Assembly: GCA_965263035.1 (NCBI GenBank)
Contig: OZ253580.1
Location: 4,192,001-4,256,000 of the forward strand
Source of the DNA: Acidobacteriota bacterium
GTDB lineage: Bacteria; Acidobacteriota; UBA6911; RPQK01; JAJDTT01
Direction of reading: 5' to 3'
Length of the DNA: 64,000 nt
Shown here: piece by piece, positions 20,154 to 30,044 of the stretch
Layout: every line of letters starts with the position of its first letter
Numbering within the stretch: position 1 is the stretch's first letter
Program-made: the position numbers and the translations under genes
The notes under the pieces: generated by a model
Databases searched by the model: none
Told to the model about the DNA's origin: nothing
Seen by the model: only the letters and a program-made list of their open reading frames with translations

Positions 20154-21446
20154 TCAGGCGCTCAGAAACCAGGACTCGGGCACCCGCACGAGCTTGATCC
20201 TGCGGGTCCTCTTGCCCTCTCGGACGGTGTCGTACTGGTAGGTCATGAGCACCTGGTTTCCGGAGAAGGCCAGGGAGGGATAGTGGCACCGGATGAAGCC
20301 GCTGGGCAGTTTTCCGGCCTTCGGGTTGACCCGGATGTGGGCCACCGGCGGCGGCGAGACCCTCCCTGCCGGTTGCAGGCCGGGACTGGAATCCACCGTC
20401 TTGAAATTCTGCCAAGTCTTGCCCTCGTCGGCGGAGGTGGCCACGGAAAGGCGGGAACGATAGTATCCGCTCCGAATTTCGTCCCCGGTAGTCTGGTTCC
20501 AGATCACCAGCAACTGGCCGGAGCCGCGCAGCCGGTCCAGATCGCAGGGGACGTCGCCGCTGGAGAGGGCAGTGGGACTCGCCTCATGCCAATTCTCGCC
20601 GCCGTCGTCCGAGTGGGCCTGAAAAAAGCGTCCCACCTTGGTCCTCAGGAGCATGAGGACAGATCCGTCCCTGAGCTCGGTCACCACCGGCTCGGCGGTT
20701 CCGCCGAATCCCCCCAGGCTCCTCTCCCCGGGCAGGGGCCAGACCATGATGGATCCCTTGGAACGCTGCCAGGTCGATCCCCGGTCGTCGGAGAAATAAG
20801 CGAAGCAGCCGCTCATCTGAGGCCGGTGGGCGTGTCCTTCCAGTCCGACGGAATGCCCGTCCAGCAGCCCCGTGGCCATGGCGTGGCGGGATTCGGGATG
20901 GAGGCCGTTGAACTGCCAGTAGACGGGCAGCAGCAACCGTCCCGTGGAGAGCTCGATCAGGCGACCGAAGGGAACCTGCAAAAAGGCGCCCGACGAACCC
21001 GATCCGGGTCCGGGCAGGTCGATGTCCGATCCCGCCGACCAGTTCCGGCCTCCGTCCTGGGACGTGGCGAACCGGAGAATCCGATGGTCGGCGTGGCGCG
21101 CCGGCGCACCGCTCAGTTCCTCGGCGTAAACCATGCCCACGGTTCCCCCCTTGAGAGGCACCAGGTGGTTCCGGGTGACGTTCATGGGTTTTCCCTGGTG
21201 AAGCAGCGGGAAGGGTTTTCCCCAGGTCTCTCCCCGGTCGCGGGAAAGGGAGGCGGAATTGCCCTTCATCAGGGTCAGAATGCGGCCGCCCTCCAGCGCG
21301 GCCAGAATTCGTCCGGAGCCCGCGGGCAGCAGACCCTCGTAGGTGTGTCCGCTGGCGGAAACCTTGGCGGACCCTTTAAGGGCCGCGGCCGCCGCCATGG
21401 AGGTTGCCAGAAATCGCCTTCGGGTCAGACTGTTTTTCTCTTTCAT
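20154..21446 (-). CDS. Tat-exported sialidase-like (BNR repeat) protein
   Basis: TRRRFL twin-arginine signal; five Asp-boxes (SRDRGETW, SQDGGRNW, SDDRGSTW, SDDGGENW, SADEGKTW). Confidence 0.82.
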   Translation of the reverse strand: MKEKNSLTRRRFLATSMAAAAALKGSAKVSASGHTYEGLLPAGSGRILAALEGGRILTLMKGNSASLSRDRGETWGKPFPLLHQGKPMNVTRNHLVPLKGGTVGMVYAEELSGAPARHADHRILRFATSQDGGRNWSAGSDIDLPGPGSGSSGAFLQVPFGRLIELSTGRLLLPVYWQFNGLHPESRHAMATGLLDGHSVGLEGHAHRPQMSGCFAYFSDDRGSTWQRSKGSIMVWPLPGERSLGGFGGTAEPVVTELRDGSVLMLLRTKVGRFFQAHSDDGGENWHEASPTALSSGDVPCDLDRLRGSGQLLVIWNQTTGDEIRSGYYRSRLSVATSADEGKTWQNFKTVDSSPGLQPAGRVSPPPVAHIRVNPKAGKLPSGFIRCHYPSLAFSGNQVLMTYQYDTVREGKRTRRIKLVRVPESWFLSA

Positions 21447-21559
21447 CCAATTTCTCCCGGTTCTGAAGTGCACCATCACAAATCACAGAGGCAGGGTACG
21501 GGTGTCCGCTCCGGCATTGTAGAATGGGCCGCTCCCGAAAACGAGGGGAACCAGCGGCG

Positions 21560-22081
21560 ATGACCATGCGGCAGTCGAGAGCTCCCGAATCCAAGGTTTT
21601 CCGGCGACAGAAGATGGTTGAGGAATGTGAACACCTCCGGGACCAGGGACGGACCATCGTCTTCACCAACGGTACCTTCGATCTCCTTCACGCCGGACAT
21701 ACGACCTATCTGAACCAGGCCCGGGAGTTGGGAGACGTGCTGATCGTGGGTCTCAACTCGGACGAGTCGATCCGCTCCATCAAAGGGGACAAGCGGCCCA
21801 TCATCCGGGAGCCCTACCGGTCCCGGATGCTGGCGGCCCTGGAGTGTGTGGACTACGTGGTGCTCTTCGACGAGGATGAGCCCCGGGATCTGATCTCCGA
21901 ATTGCTGCCGGACGTGCTGGTCAAGGCGGAGGACTGGGCCCACTATGTGAGCGGCCGCGACGTGGTGGAGGCCAACGGAGGACGCGTGGTCCTGGCGCCC
22001 CTGGTGCCGGGCCTTTCCAGCAGCGGGATCATTCGGCGGATCCGGAAGCTGTTCCAGGACCCGGAAGAGGATTCCCGTTGA
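21560..22081 (+). CDS. hldC: D-glycero-beta-D-manno-heptose 1-phosphate adenylyltransferase (RfaE domain II)
   Basis: VFTNGTFDLLHAGH, VGLNSDESIRSIKG..RPI, GLSSSGII. Confidence 0.85.
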   Translation: MTMRQSRAPESKVFRRQKMVEECEHLRDQGRTIVFTNGTFDLLHAGHTTYLNQARELGDVLIVGLNSDESIRSIKGDKRPIIREPYRSRMLAALECVDYVVLFDEDEPRDLISELLPDVLVKAEDWAHYVSGRDVVEANGGRVVLAPLVPGLSSSGIIRRIRKLFQDPEEDSR

Positions 22082-22101
22082 GAAACCGAGGTTAGTGCAA
22101 C

Positions 22102-23088
22102 GTGCCGGTCCAGTACATCGTCACCGGCGGCGCCGGCTTCATCGGCCGGAACCTGGTGGCCGCCCTCAACGCCCGGGGACACGAGGACATCCTCATCGTG
22201 GACCGTCTGGGCTCGGACCAGAAGTGGAAGAACCTGCCGGGCCTCTCCTTCATCGACCTCGTGGACCTGGACGACTTCCGGAACTTCATCGCAGACTCCT
22301 CCATCGACGAGCTGGAGACGGTCTTCCACCTGGGAGCCTGCAGTTCCACCACGGAACGGGACGCCGACTACCTGCTGGACAACAACTACCGCTACTCCCA
22401 GGAAATCTGCCAGTGGTGCCTTTCCAGCGACGTGCGCTTCATCTACGCTTCCAGCGCGGCCACCTATGGGGACGGATCTCTGGGCTACTCGGACGAGGAG
22501 AGCCGGATTCCCCTCTGCCGGCCCTTGAACATGTATGGCTACTCCAAGCAGTTGTTCGATCATTGGGCTGCCAGGGAGGGTCTCTTCGACCGCATCGTGG
22601 GGCTCAAGTACTTCAACGTCTTCGGCCCCTACGAAGACCACAAGGGAGAGATGAGATCCATGGTGCACAAGGCCTACGGCCAGATTCTCTCCACCGGAAA
22701 GGTGCGGCTCTTCAAGTCGCATCGGGACGACTACGGAGACGGTGAGCAGTTGCGCGACTTCGTCTACGTGAATGACGCCGTGGACGTAACCCTCTTTTTT
22801 GAGGACCATTCCGGGGTTTCGGGGCTCTACAACTGCGGTACCGGACGGGCCCGGAGTTGGAACGATCTGGTCGGCTCCCTCTTCGTTGCCATGGGACGAC
22901 GGCCGGAGATCGCATACATTGACATGCCCGAGTCCTTGCGCAACCAGTACCAGTACTTCACCCAGGCGGACGGGGCCAAGCTCCGGTCCGCCGGATACGA
23001 TCGCCCCTTCACGACCTTGGAAGAGGCGGTGCGAGACTATGTGACGACCTACCTGGAGCCGGTCCTGGGCGGGGCCGCTCCAGAGTAG
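22102..23088 (+). CDS. hldD: ADP-L-glycero-D-manno-heptose 6-epimerase
   Basis: VTGGAGFIG, HLGACSSTTE, YASSAATYG, PLNMYGYSK, YFNVFGP.E.HKGEMRSMV, YQYFTQAD. Confidence 0.93.
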   Translation: MPVQYIVTGGAGFIGRNLVAALNARGHEDILIVDRLGSDQKWKNLPGLSFIDLVDLDDFRNFIADSSIDELETVFHLGACSSTTERDADYLLDNNYRYSQEICQWCLSSDVRFIYASSAATYGDGSLGYSDEESRIPLCRPLNMYGYSKQLFDHWAAREGLFDRIVGLKYFNVFGPYEDHKGEMRSMVHKAYGQILSTGKVRLFKSHRDDYGDGEQLRDFVYVNDAVDVTLFFEDHSGVSGLYNCGTGRARSWNDLVGSLFVAMGRRPEIAYIDMPESLRNQYQYFTQADGAKLRSAGYDRPFTTLEEAVRDYVTTYLEPVLGGAAPE

Positions 23089-23113
23089 ATCCACCAGCAA
23101 GAAAGGAGATCAC

Positions 23114-23977
23114 GTGGCCGAACCTCTTCGCATCCTCTCCATCGGAGCTCATCCGGCGGATATCTTCGACCAGTGCGGCGGCACCATGGCCCATCACACG
23201 GCTCGGGGCGATTGGGTGGGCTGCGTCGTCCTCACCCACGGAGCACGGGTTCACGACAAGGTCATCAGCGACTCCATGCACGGCCGGGAGACCATCCCCG
23301 AGGCCTCGGTTTTGAAGGAGATGATCGAGGAACGGTCCGACGTGAAGGCCCAGGAGGTCCGGCGCGCCTGCCGGCTGCTTGGGGTGGAAGACCTCTATTT
23401 CTTCGGGGCCGACGACGCCATCCTGCTGGTCACCCCCGAGCTGGTCCGGCGGCTGGCCCGGCTGCTGCGGGAGCTCCGTCCCAACGTGATTCTGACCCAC
23501 TACCCCAAGGAAGGGGACGGTGTGGCCCAACCCCATGCCGTCGCCGGGCAGATCGTGCTGCACGCCATCCAGTTCGGCGCCTCGGTGGATCCGGGGGACC
23601 GAAATCCAGCGACCAAGGCGGCTCAGGTCTTCTTCTTCGGGACCGGAGCCGCCGCCGTCCCCAGCGACGTCTGGTCGGCGCGGCTTGGGGTCTACAACGA
23701 CGTCCTCATCGAGATCACCGATGTTGTGGACAAGAAACTGGCAGCTCTGGACTGTCTGGAGAGCCAGGGGTACGGTGGCGCGTACGCCCGCAAGAGGATC
23801 GAGACCAGCGACGGCGCGTTCGGGGTCGGCGGACGAGTGGCTTATGCCGAAGGGTTCATCAAGATGAATGCCGAGGTGCACGACTTTCTTCCGGTGACGA
23901 GCCGAGCCTTGCGGCTGGCGAAGGAATCGGACCATGAAATGATGCAGCGCCACTCCTACCGGGTCCGGGTGGACTAG
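23114..23977 (+). CDS. PIG-L/LmbE family deacetylase (variant motif)
   Basis: LSIGAHPADIFD.CGGT, VLTHG, ACRLLGV, LRPNVILTH, KKLAAL. Confidence 0.75.
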   Translation: MAEPLRILSIGAHPADIFDQCGGTMAHHTARGDWVGCVVLTHGARVHDKVISDSMHGRETIPEASVLKEMIEERSDVKAQEVRRACRLLGVEDLYFFGADDAILLVTPELVRRLARLLRELRPNVILTHYPKEGDGVAQPHAVAGQIVLHAIQFGASVDPGDRNPATKAAQVFFFGTGAAAVPSDVWSARLGVYNDVLIEITDVVDKKLAALDCLESQGYGGAYARKRIETSDGAFGVGGRVAYAEGFIKMNAEVHDFLPVTSRALRLAKESDHEMMQRHSYRVRVD

Positions 23978-23991
23978 GACTAAGGAGAACC

Positions 23992-24747
23992 ATGACCTCA
24001 CTATCTTTGAAACCGCGGGTGCCCGTCTTCGACGCCAACGTCAAGGTGGGCAATCATCACAATGAAGTTTCTCCCTGTGCCGACCGCGCCAGCCTGCTGA
24101 AGGAGATGGACACCCACGGGGTGGACCGGGCCGTGATCTACCACGCCTTGGGCGATTTGACGTCTCCGGTGGACGGAAACCGGGCGCTGGAGGAGTGGCT
24201 GGGAGACGACGGCAGGCTGCACCCCCAATGGAGCGCCCACCCGCTACCCCGTTCCCTGGAGCAGTTGCAGGAACTGCATGCCCAAGGGCGCGTGAGCAGC
24301 GTTCGTCTGGCGGGGCTGGACATCATCGATTTCCCCTTTCGTCCCTGGGGTTACGATCCGCTGCTGAGCTGGCTGAGCCGGGAGGGGATTCCGTTGTGGG
24401 TGCCGTTGCCGGAGATGGACCCCGATGACATCGTGACCACGCTCCAGGCCTATCCCGACCTGGAGACGGTGCTGGTGGGAGCTCATTATCTGCACGCCAT
24501 GTGGGTTCAGCCCATGCTGAAGGCGCTGCCCCGGGCGAACCTGGAACTGAGCCGCTACGAACCCATCGGTCAGCTCGAGGCGCTGCTGGAGGAGTTCGGG
24601 GTGGAACGTTTTGTCTACGGGTCGTGGTACTGGCGCCTGGCCATGGGACCCATGCTCTTTTACCTGCATCACGTGGGGCTGGACGACAGGGAACTGGCGC
24701 TGGTCTGCGAAGGCAATCTGCTGAGAATCCTGGGAGAGAAATCATGA
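23992..24747 (+). CDS. Amidohydrolase_2-fold protein with degenerate metal site
   Basis: FDANVKVG in place of DxHxH; EMDTHGVDRA; FGVERFVYGS; GNLLRIL. Confidence 0.65.
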   Translation: MTSLSLKPRVPVFDANVKVGNHHNEVSPCADRASLLKEMDTHGVDRAVIYHALGDLTSPVDGNRALEEWLGDDGRLHPQWSAHPLPRSLEQLQELHAQGRVSSVRLAGLDIIDFPFRPWGYDPLLSWLSREGIPLWVPLPEMDPDDIVTTLQAYPDLETVLVGAHYLHAMWVQPMLKALPRANLELSRYEPIGQLEALLEEFGVERFVYGSWYWRLAMGPMLFYLHHVGLDDRELALVCEGNLLRILGEKS

Positions 24748-25496
24748 TCGACGGCGTGCGAGTGATCGATTTTCATGGACACGTGGGGGCCAACGACATC
24801 ATGGGGATGGTGGATGATCCCGACCTGATGCTGCACGCCATGGATGCCGGCGGCATCGACGTCTCCTGCCTGTTCAACATCTACTATCCGGACGGAACCA
24901 CAGGCAACGACATGACGGCCCGGTTCGTGGCCCGGCATCCTGACCGCTTCGTGGGCTTCGCCTACGTCTGCCCCCTGATGCCGGCCGACAGCATGGTGGC
25001 CGAGTTGGAGCGGGCCATCGACACCCTGGGGCTGGTAGCCATCAAGCTTTATCCCCCCTTCGTCCCCTGGTCACTGGAACATCCCGTCTGGGACCCCATC
25101 TACGAGTTCGCCAACGAACGGGAGCTGGCCCTCATCCATCACACCGGAACCGAGTGGCAGGCCTATCCCAAGTTCCTGGCCGACGTGGCGCCCCGGTTCC
25201 CCAAGGTCAAATTCGTTTCGGGGCACTCGGGCAACACACCTGAGGCGAGAACTCAGGCCATCGCCGCGGCCCAGGCCAACGAAAACGTCTACCTGGAGAC
25301 CTGCTCCACCTTTCGTACTCCTGGAGTCATCGAGCAGCTGGTGGAGGAGGGGGGAGCCGACCGGGTGCTCTTCGGATCGGATACGCCCCTGATGGACCCG
25401 CGGCCTCAACTGGGGAAAATCATCACGGCGCAGATCTCCGACGAGGCCAAACGCCTGGCCCTGGGCGGCAACGCCGCCCGGATTCTGGGCATCTGA
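24744..25496 (+). CDS. Amidohydrolase_2 family protein
   Basis: IDFHGH, HPDRFVGF, IKLYP, IHH, GHSG, RVLFGSDTP, GGNAARIL. Confidence 0.88.
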   Translation: MIDGVRVIDFHGHVGANDIMGMVDDPDLMLHAMDAGGIDVSCLFNIYYPDGTTGNDMTARFVARHPDRFVGFAYVCPLMPADSMVAELERAIDTLGLVAIKLYPPFVPWSLEHPVWDPIYEFANERELALIHHTGTEWQAYPKFLADVAPRFPKVKFVSGHSGNTPEARTQAIAAAQANENVYLETCSTFRTPGVIEQLVEEGGADRVLFGSDTPLMDPRPQLGKIITAQISDEAKRLALGGNAARILGI

Positions 25497-25526
25497 AACC
25501 CGCCCTGACGGAATCGGCGCGGCCGC

Positions 25527-26843
25527 ATGCCGCTGGGACGGGAACACGCTGGAGACCAGGATTTGGAACAGGATCGTCCGGAGCGAGAGGCGGTATCCGG
25601 TGGCGTCGCGGTGGCGACGGCGGCTATGGACCGGTACAACGGCCGGATCCTCATTCTGAAGTCGTTCCTGATCTATTTCGCCGCGCCCGTCGTCTACGTC
25701 GGCATTGTCCAGGCGGCCCTGTGCGACCGCCTCGGCGCCAGCGCCACGGTGTCCAACCTGCCTGCCTCCACCTATCTCCTGGGATCGGTGGCCCCCCTGG
25801 TTCTCTCCTGGCTCATTCCCCATCGGCGGACCCGCACCACGCTGGTGGTCGCCTACCTGGTGACCATGTCCGCCTTCCTGATGGTTCTGGCCACCCTGGT
25901 CCTCCCCGTCTCCAATACGGTGCGATTGTGGGCCGTGGTGGGCCAGGGTCTGATTCAGGGGGTTTCGGCGTCGGTGGCCCACGTCTACGGTTTCCAATGC
26001 CTGAAACGCGGCACGACTCCCAAGGGCCGGGCCAGGGCGTTGAAGTGGGCCTACGCGGTGTCGCCGATGGCCGGGGTGGCCGGCTCCCTCTGGGCTCAGT
26101 TCGTCCTGGGAGGAGGCATCGAGGGGCTTGCCTTCCCCTATGACTTCGGTCTCCTCTACCTGACGGGTGTGCCCTGCATGGTGGCCATCTCGGTCCTGTC
26201 GAGCCGCTATCGGCTGCTGGACATCCAGGAGGAAAAGGCGCCCAACCTGCTTCCCTATCTCTGGAGGAGTCTCCGTTCCTTCTGGACCCTCCGGATTCTG
26301 CTCCTGGTCTGGCTCGCCTACTTCTTCTGGTATCTGACCATCAACACCATGCCCAACCTGTCGCTCTTCGCCCGCGAAGCCCTGAGTCGGGAGCCCCAGG
26401 AGCTCTCGGGCTGGATGATGGCCCTGCGCTTCGGATTCAAATGCGTGGGGGGATTCGTGCTGGGGGTGATCGCCATCCGATGGGGCATGCGAGCCCCGCT
26501 TCTGACCTGTGCCGTTCTCGTGGGTGCCGCCGTCCTCTGGGCCTGGTTCATCCCCGGGCACCTGTACCTGCTGGCCTTCGGCATCATGGGCGCCGGAGAG
26601 TTGGGAGGCGTCTACTTCCCCAACTACGTCATCAGCATCTCTTCGGCCGCCGACTCCACCCGCAATCTGGCCATCCTCGGGTTGGTGACTCCGGTGAGCA
26701 GCCTGGGCCCGGCGCTGCACGGCGGGCTCGCCGACACCCTCGGTTTCCCGGCCAGCTTCCTCTTCGGAGTGACGGCAGCGCTGATATCGTTGACGCTGAT
26801 TCTGAGGCTCTCGCCCCAAACGTCCCCGGTCCGCCCCGGGTGA
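25527..26843 (+). CDS. MFS-type transporter
   Basis: About 12 hydrophobic segments in two halves. Confidence 0.7.
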   Translation: MPLGREHAGDQDLEQDRPEREAVSGGVAVATAAMDRYNGRILILKSFLIYFAAPVVYVGIVQAALCDRLGASATVSNLPASTYLLGSVAPLVLSWLIPHRRTRTTLVVAYLVTMSAFLMVLATLVLPVSNTVRLWAVVGQGLIQGVSASVAHVYGFQCLKRGTTPKGRARALKWAYAVSPMAGVAGSLWAQFVLGGGIEGLAFPYDFGLLYLTGVPCMVAISVLSSRYRLLDIQEEKAPNLLPYLWRSLRSFWTLRILLLVWLAYFFWYLTINTMPNLSLFAREALSREPQELSGWMMALRFGFKCVGGFVLGVIAIRWGMRAPLLTCAVLVGAAVLWAWFIPGHLYLLAFGIMGAGELGGVYFPNYVISISSAADSTRNLAILGLVTPVSSLGPALHGGLADTLGFPASFLFGVTAALISLTLILRLSPQTSPVRPG

Positions 26844-26937
26844 CGAGAGGGAGGGGGACCCGGTGGTCTGACGCCGGGAACGTGAGTTTGTTCGGTGGGG
26901 GTGTTCGACCCGTGTCCGGTGTCACCGAAACTCCTGT

Positions 26938-27351
26938 TTATCTGAGCACTTCAAACGCGAACCTGCGGCCACGCCCGTAACGATAGATTGCAAAATCGCT
27001 GTCGAAGGTGATCACACGCGAGATGCCGAGTCGCTCCATGAGCGCGAAGGAAGTGCGATCGACGAGAGAGAAGTCCTGATCCGGGAAGCGTTCTCCGATC
27101 GCCCAGGCGGCTTCGAGATCAGCATTGGTGGTCTGTTCAACAGTTGAGACGCCACCACGCAGAGCCCCCCAGAAGGTTTCCGCTGCATCAGCGGAGATGT
27201 AGTGGTGGATAAGTCGCCAAGTTTCGGCCAGCACGTGTTCACTCGTGACGAGTGATTCATCCGTCGACAGCAGTCGCTTCGCACGGCCATTGTATCGGTC
27301 GCTCCGATCGGCGGCGGCATACCAGACCGAGGTGTCCACGAAGATACTCAT
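26938..27351 (-). CDS. vapC: VapC PIN-domain toxin
   Basis: MSIFVDTSVWYA, VLAET, FSLVDRTSF, TFDSDF. Confidence 0.9.
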   Translation of the reverse strand: MSIFVDTSVWYAAADRSDRYNGRAKRLLSTDESLVTSEHVLAETWRLIHHYISADAAETFWGALRGGVSTVEQTTNADLEAAWAIGERFPDQDFSLVDRTSFALMERLGISRVITFDSDFAIYRYGRGRRFAFEVLR

Positions 27352-27608
27352 GACGAGTCGGACCCTCGGCGCTTGCGGGCGCCAATCGCTTCCGCAATCA
27401 TGCGGGACTTTTCGGATGCGATGTCCGTCCCCTCGGAGGAGCCGAGATCGAATACCAGGGATCGATCGGTGTTCCTGGAGGGCTGGGACAAGTCCTGGTC
27501 CACCAGCCGGCGCATGTATTCGGCGAGTGAAATGCCAAGGTCGGCTGCCCGTGCACGAACTCGGGAGTGAACCTCCGCGCTGAGGGAAATCTGAGTTCGT
27601 ACCATCAT
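27348..27608 (-). CDS. vapB: RHH/CopG antitoxin
   Basis: RTQISL...ARAADLGISLAEYMRRLVD; overlaps the vapC start. Confidence 0.78.
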   Translation of the reverse strand: MMVRTQISLSAEVHSRVRARAADLGISLAEYMRRLVDQDLSQPSRNTDRSLVFDLGSSEGTDIASEKSRMIAEAIGARKRRGSDSS

Positions 27609-27775
27609 TATGGCAACATCTTAATATCACTATAATGATGTCTCAAGATAGCGCTGGGGTGAAGGCGTGGGGAAGGTTTGGGATCTGCAGGGCGCCAGGG
27701 TGAATCTCTCCCGGCCGCTCAGTTCGGCCGGCGCGGCACGTGGCGAGTTGGATTCGCTTCCGATGATCGATCCAG

Positions 27776-27942
27776 CTAGGAGTCTGCGCGGTAGAAATGA
27801 TCGTAGCGAGAAAGTGGGGAATCGAGGCCAGATTTTCTCGATTTGGAGGTGCATAGTTGTTCTATTCGCCGAGAAATCGAGGAAATATGGACCGATTCTA
27901 CCGCTTTCGCAGTAGATCCATTTCTGCCGCGCAGGCTCCTAG
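27776..27942 (+). mobile_element. MITE copy 1 (159 bp plus CTAG duplication)
   Basis: CTAG-GAGTCTGCGCGGTAGAAAT...ATTTCTGCCGCGCAGGCTC-CTAG; near-identical to 58528-58694 and to the reverse complement of 44869-45035. Confidence 0.92.
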
Positions 27943-28142
27943 GATCTGGCATGTCCGGACGGATGACTCTTCATCCTGAAAGGGTGTTCCGTCCGTCCTG
28001 GGTGAAACGGAGGCGCTGTCGATTTAGAGCCCCTTGGATTTCAAGTATCGTCGTCTATCATTTAAGGGATTTCCGTGAGTCTGCGTTCCGAGCCCACTGT
28101 GAGCCGACGTATGGAAAACATCGAATTCGGAGATCCTGAGCA

Positions 28143-29978
28143 ATGAGTGTTGACCCGAGGCCGGCCACCCTGGAAAAGGCTCTGGGCAACATGACGATCG
28201 CGAACCTCCAGCCGATGATGGAGGTGCTGTCCGTCCCCGAGCCGCGGCCGACCCGAAAGCCGGCCATCATAGCAACCGTCCGACTCCGGCTGACTGAAGA
28301 TGTGTTACGAACGATATGGCGGTATCTGGATGAAACCCAGCAGCTCGCGGTGTCGGAAACGCTCTACAGCCCGGAGCATCGATTCCATCCCCAACATTTT
28401 TACGCCGTATACGGTGCGCTGCCGGAGGGCATCAATAAGAGCTATGTCCGGGAATTTTCGCCGCTGCATTTTTTTCTCTATCCGCCGTTCAGTTACCGGG
28501 ATCTTCCGATCGTCATCCCCAAGGATCTCGAGCCGCAACTCGTGAAGTTCGTCCCCCGGCCGCCGGAACCGGCCATCAATTCTCTGGATGAGGTTCCGGA
28601 CTTCCTAGATCGGCGCCGCCGCACCCACGGTTCCGAGAAACCGGAGTTCGATCGGGTGCCCATGATCCGACGCGGCATGGAGCCGGTTGCGGTGCCCGAC
28701 CTGTTCGCCGTGCTGCATCTGATCGACGGGGGCAAGATCGCCGTCAGCGTGAAAACGTGGAGGCCTACGGCGGTTTCCGTCCGACGCATCGCGGAGGTGC
28801 TGTACGGCGGCGACTTCTTCGACCCGACTGCGACGAAGCGACAGGGTCAGATGATCGGCCCCATCCGGGCATTCGCTTGGCCCTGGATGGTGCAAGCCGC
28901 CCAACTCGCCGAATTGCGGGGCTCCAAGCTGGCTTTGACCAAGGCTGGACGCGCGGCATTCGTAGCTCCGCCCGAAAAGACGTTGCGACGCATCTGGGAG
29001 CGATGGTTGAAGAGCACCTTGTTGGACGAGTTCAGCCGCGTGGACGACATCAAGGGCCAGTTTCGAGGACGGGGCAGGCAGATGATGACGTCGCCGCGAA
29101 AGCGCCGACCCGTGATCGCCGAGGCGCTCGCGAAATGCCCCGTGGGCGGCTGGGTCCAGGTGGACGGTCTCTTTCGCTTTATGCACGCGACGGGGCTTGG
29201 TTTCGGCGTCACCCGGGATCCTCGGAGTCTCTACCTCGTCGACCCGGAGTACGGGAGCCTCGGCCATGCCGAAGGTCTGCTCTGGAACTTCGTCGAGGGT
29301 CGCTATGCCCGGTGTCTGTTGTTCGAGTACGCGGCCACACTGGGGATGGTGGACGTCGCTTTCACCGACCCGCGGGGCGCGCGGTTGGACTACACGCACC
29401 TGTGGGGCGCCGATGAGTTTGATTTCTTGAGCCGCTACGACGGCCTGGAGTATGTTCGACTCAATCCGCTCGGCGCCTACTGCCTCGGCCAGACCAAGGC
29501 CTACGAGCCGACCACGCCTACGATTCGCACCGCCCTGACTCTCCAGACCGATCTTCGCGTTCATGCGGCGGCGCCGCTGACGCCTCAAGAACGTCTGATG
29601 CTGGAGGCCTATGCCCAGGCTGAGTCCGACGGTGTCTGGCGACTGGATCTCTTACGTTCACTTACGGCCGCCGAGAGCGGTCAGGACGTGGCGAGACTGA
29701 GGAGATTTCTCGCCGCGCGCGACGATCAGCCGTTGCCGGAGAGGGTCGAAGGATTCCTCCGCAGCGTCGAGCGCGGTGCGAGCGCTCTGACGCCCAAGGG
29801 CAGGGCCTGGTTGATTGAATGCCGGGACCGGAAAGTCGCCGACCGGATCGTTGCCGACCGGCGGGCGGCCAAGCTCTGCCTGCGCGCCGGCCTCCGCCAA
29901 CTCGTCGTTCATGCAGGATCCGAAGCGGCGTTTCGGCGAGTGGCCCGCGCCTTGGGGTACGCTTTGTCCTTGCGTTGA
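28143..29978 (+). CDS. Helicase-associated (XPB N-terminal/Helicase_C_3-like) domain protein, paralog 1
   Basis: C-terminal LEAYAQAESDGVWRLD..SLTAAESG..LRRFL...PLPERVE resembles Helicase_C_3; no Walker motifs. Confidence 0.65.
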   Translation: MSVDPRPATLEKALGNMTIANLQPMMEVLSVPEPRPTRKPAIIATVRLRLTEDVLRTIWRYLDETQQLAVSETLYSPEHRFHPQHFYAVYGALPEGINKSYVREFSPLHFFLYPPFSYRDLPIVIPKDLEPQLVKFVPRPPEPAINSLDEVPDFLDRRRRTHGSEKPEFDRVPMIRRGMEPVAVPDLFAVLHLIDGGKIAVSVKTWRPTAVSVRRIAEVLYGGDFFDPTATKRQGQMIGPIRAFAWPWMVQAAQLAELRGSKLALTKAGRAAFVAPPEKTLRRIWERWLKSTLLDEFSRVDDIKGQFRGRGRQMMTSPRKRRPVIAEALAKCPVGGWVQVDGLFRFMHATGLGFGVTRDPRSLYLVDPEYGSLGHAEGLLWNFVEGRYARCLLFEYAATLGMVDVAFTDPRGARLDYTHLWGADEFDFLSRYDGLEYVRLNPLGAYCLGQTKAYEPTTPTIRTALTLQTDLRVHAAAPLTPQERLMLEAYAQAESDGVWRLDLLRSLTAAESGQDVARLRRFLAARDDQPLPERVEGFLRSVERGASALTPKGRAWLIECRDRKVADRIVADRRAAKLCLRAGLRQLVVHAGSEAAFRRVARALGYALSLR

Positions 29979-30044
29979 AGTTCTCGCGGTTGAACGCGAT
30001 GCGTCCTGAGGCCGGGGAGCCATCGATCTCGGAGACCCTGAGCA

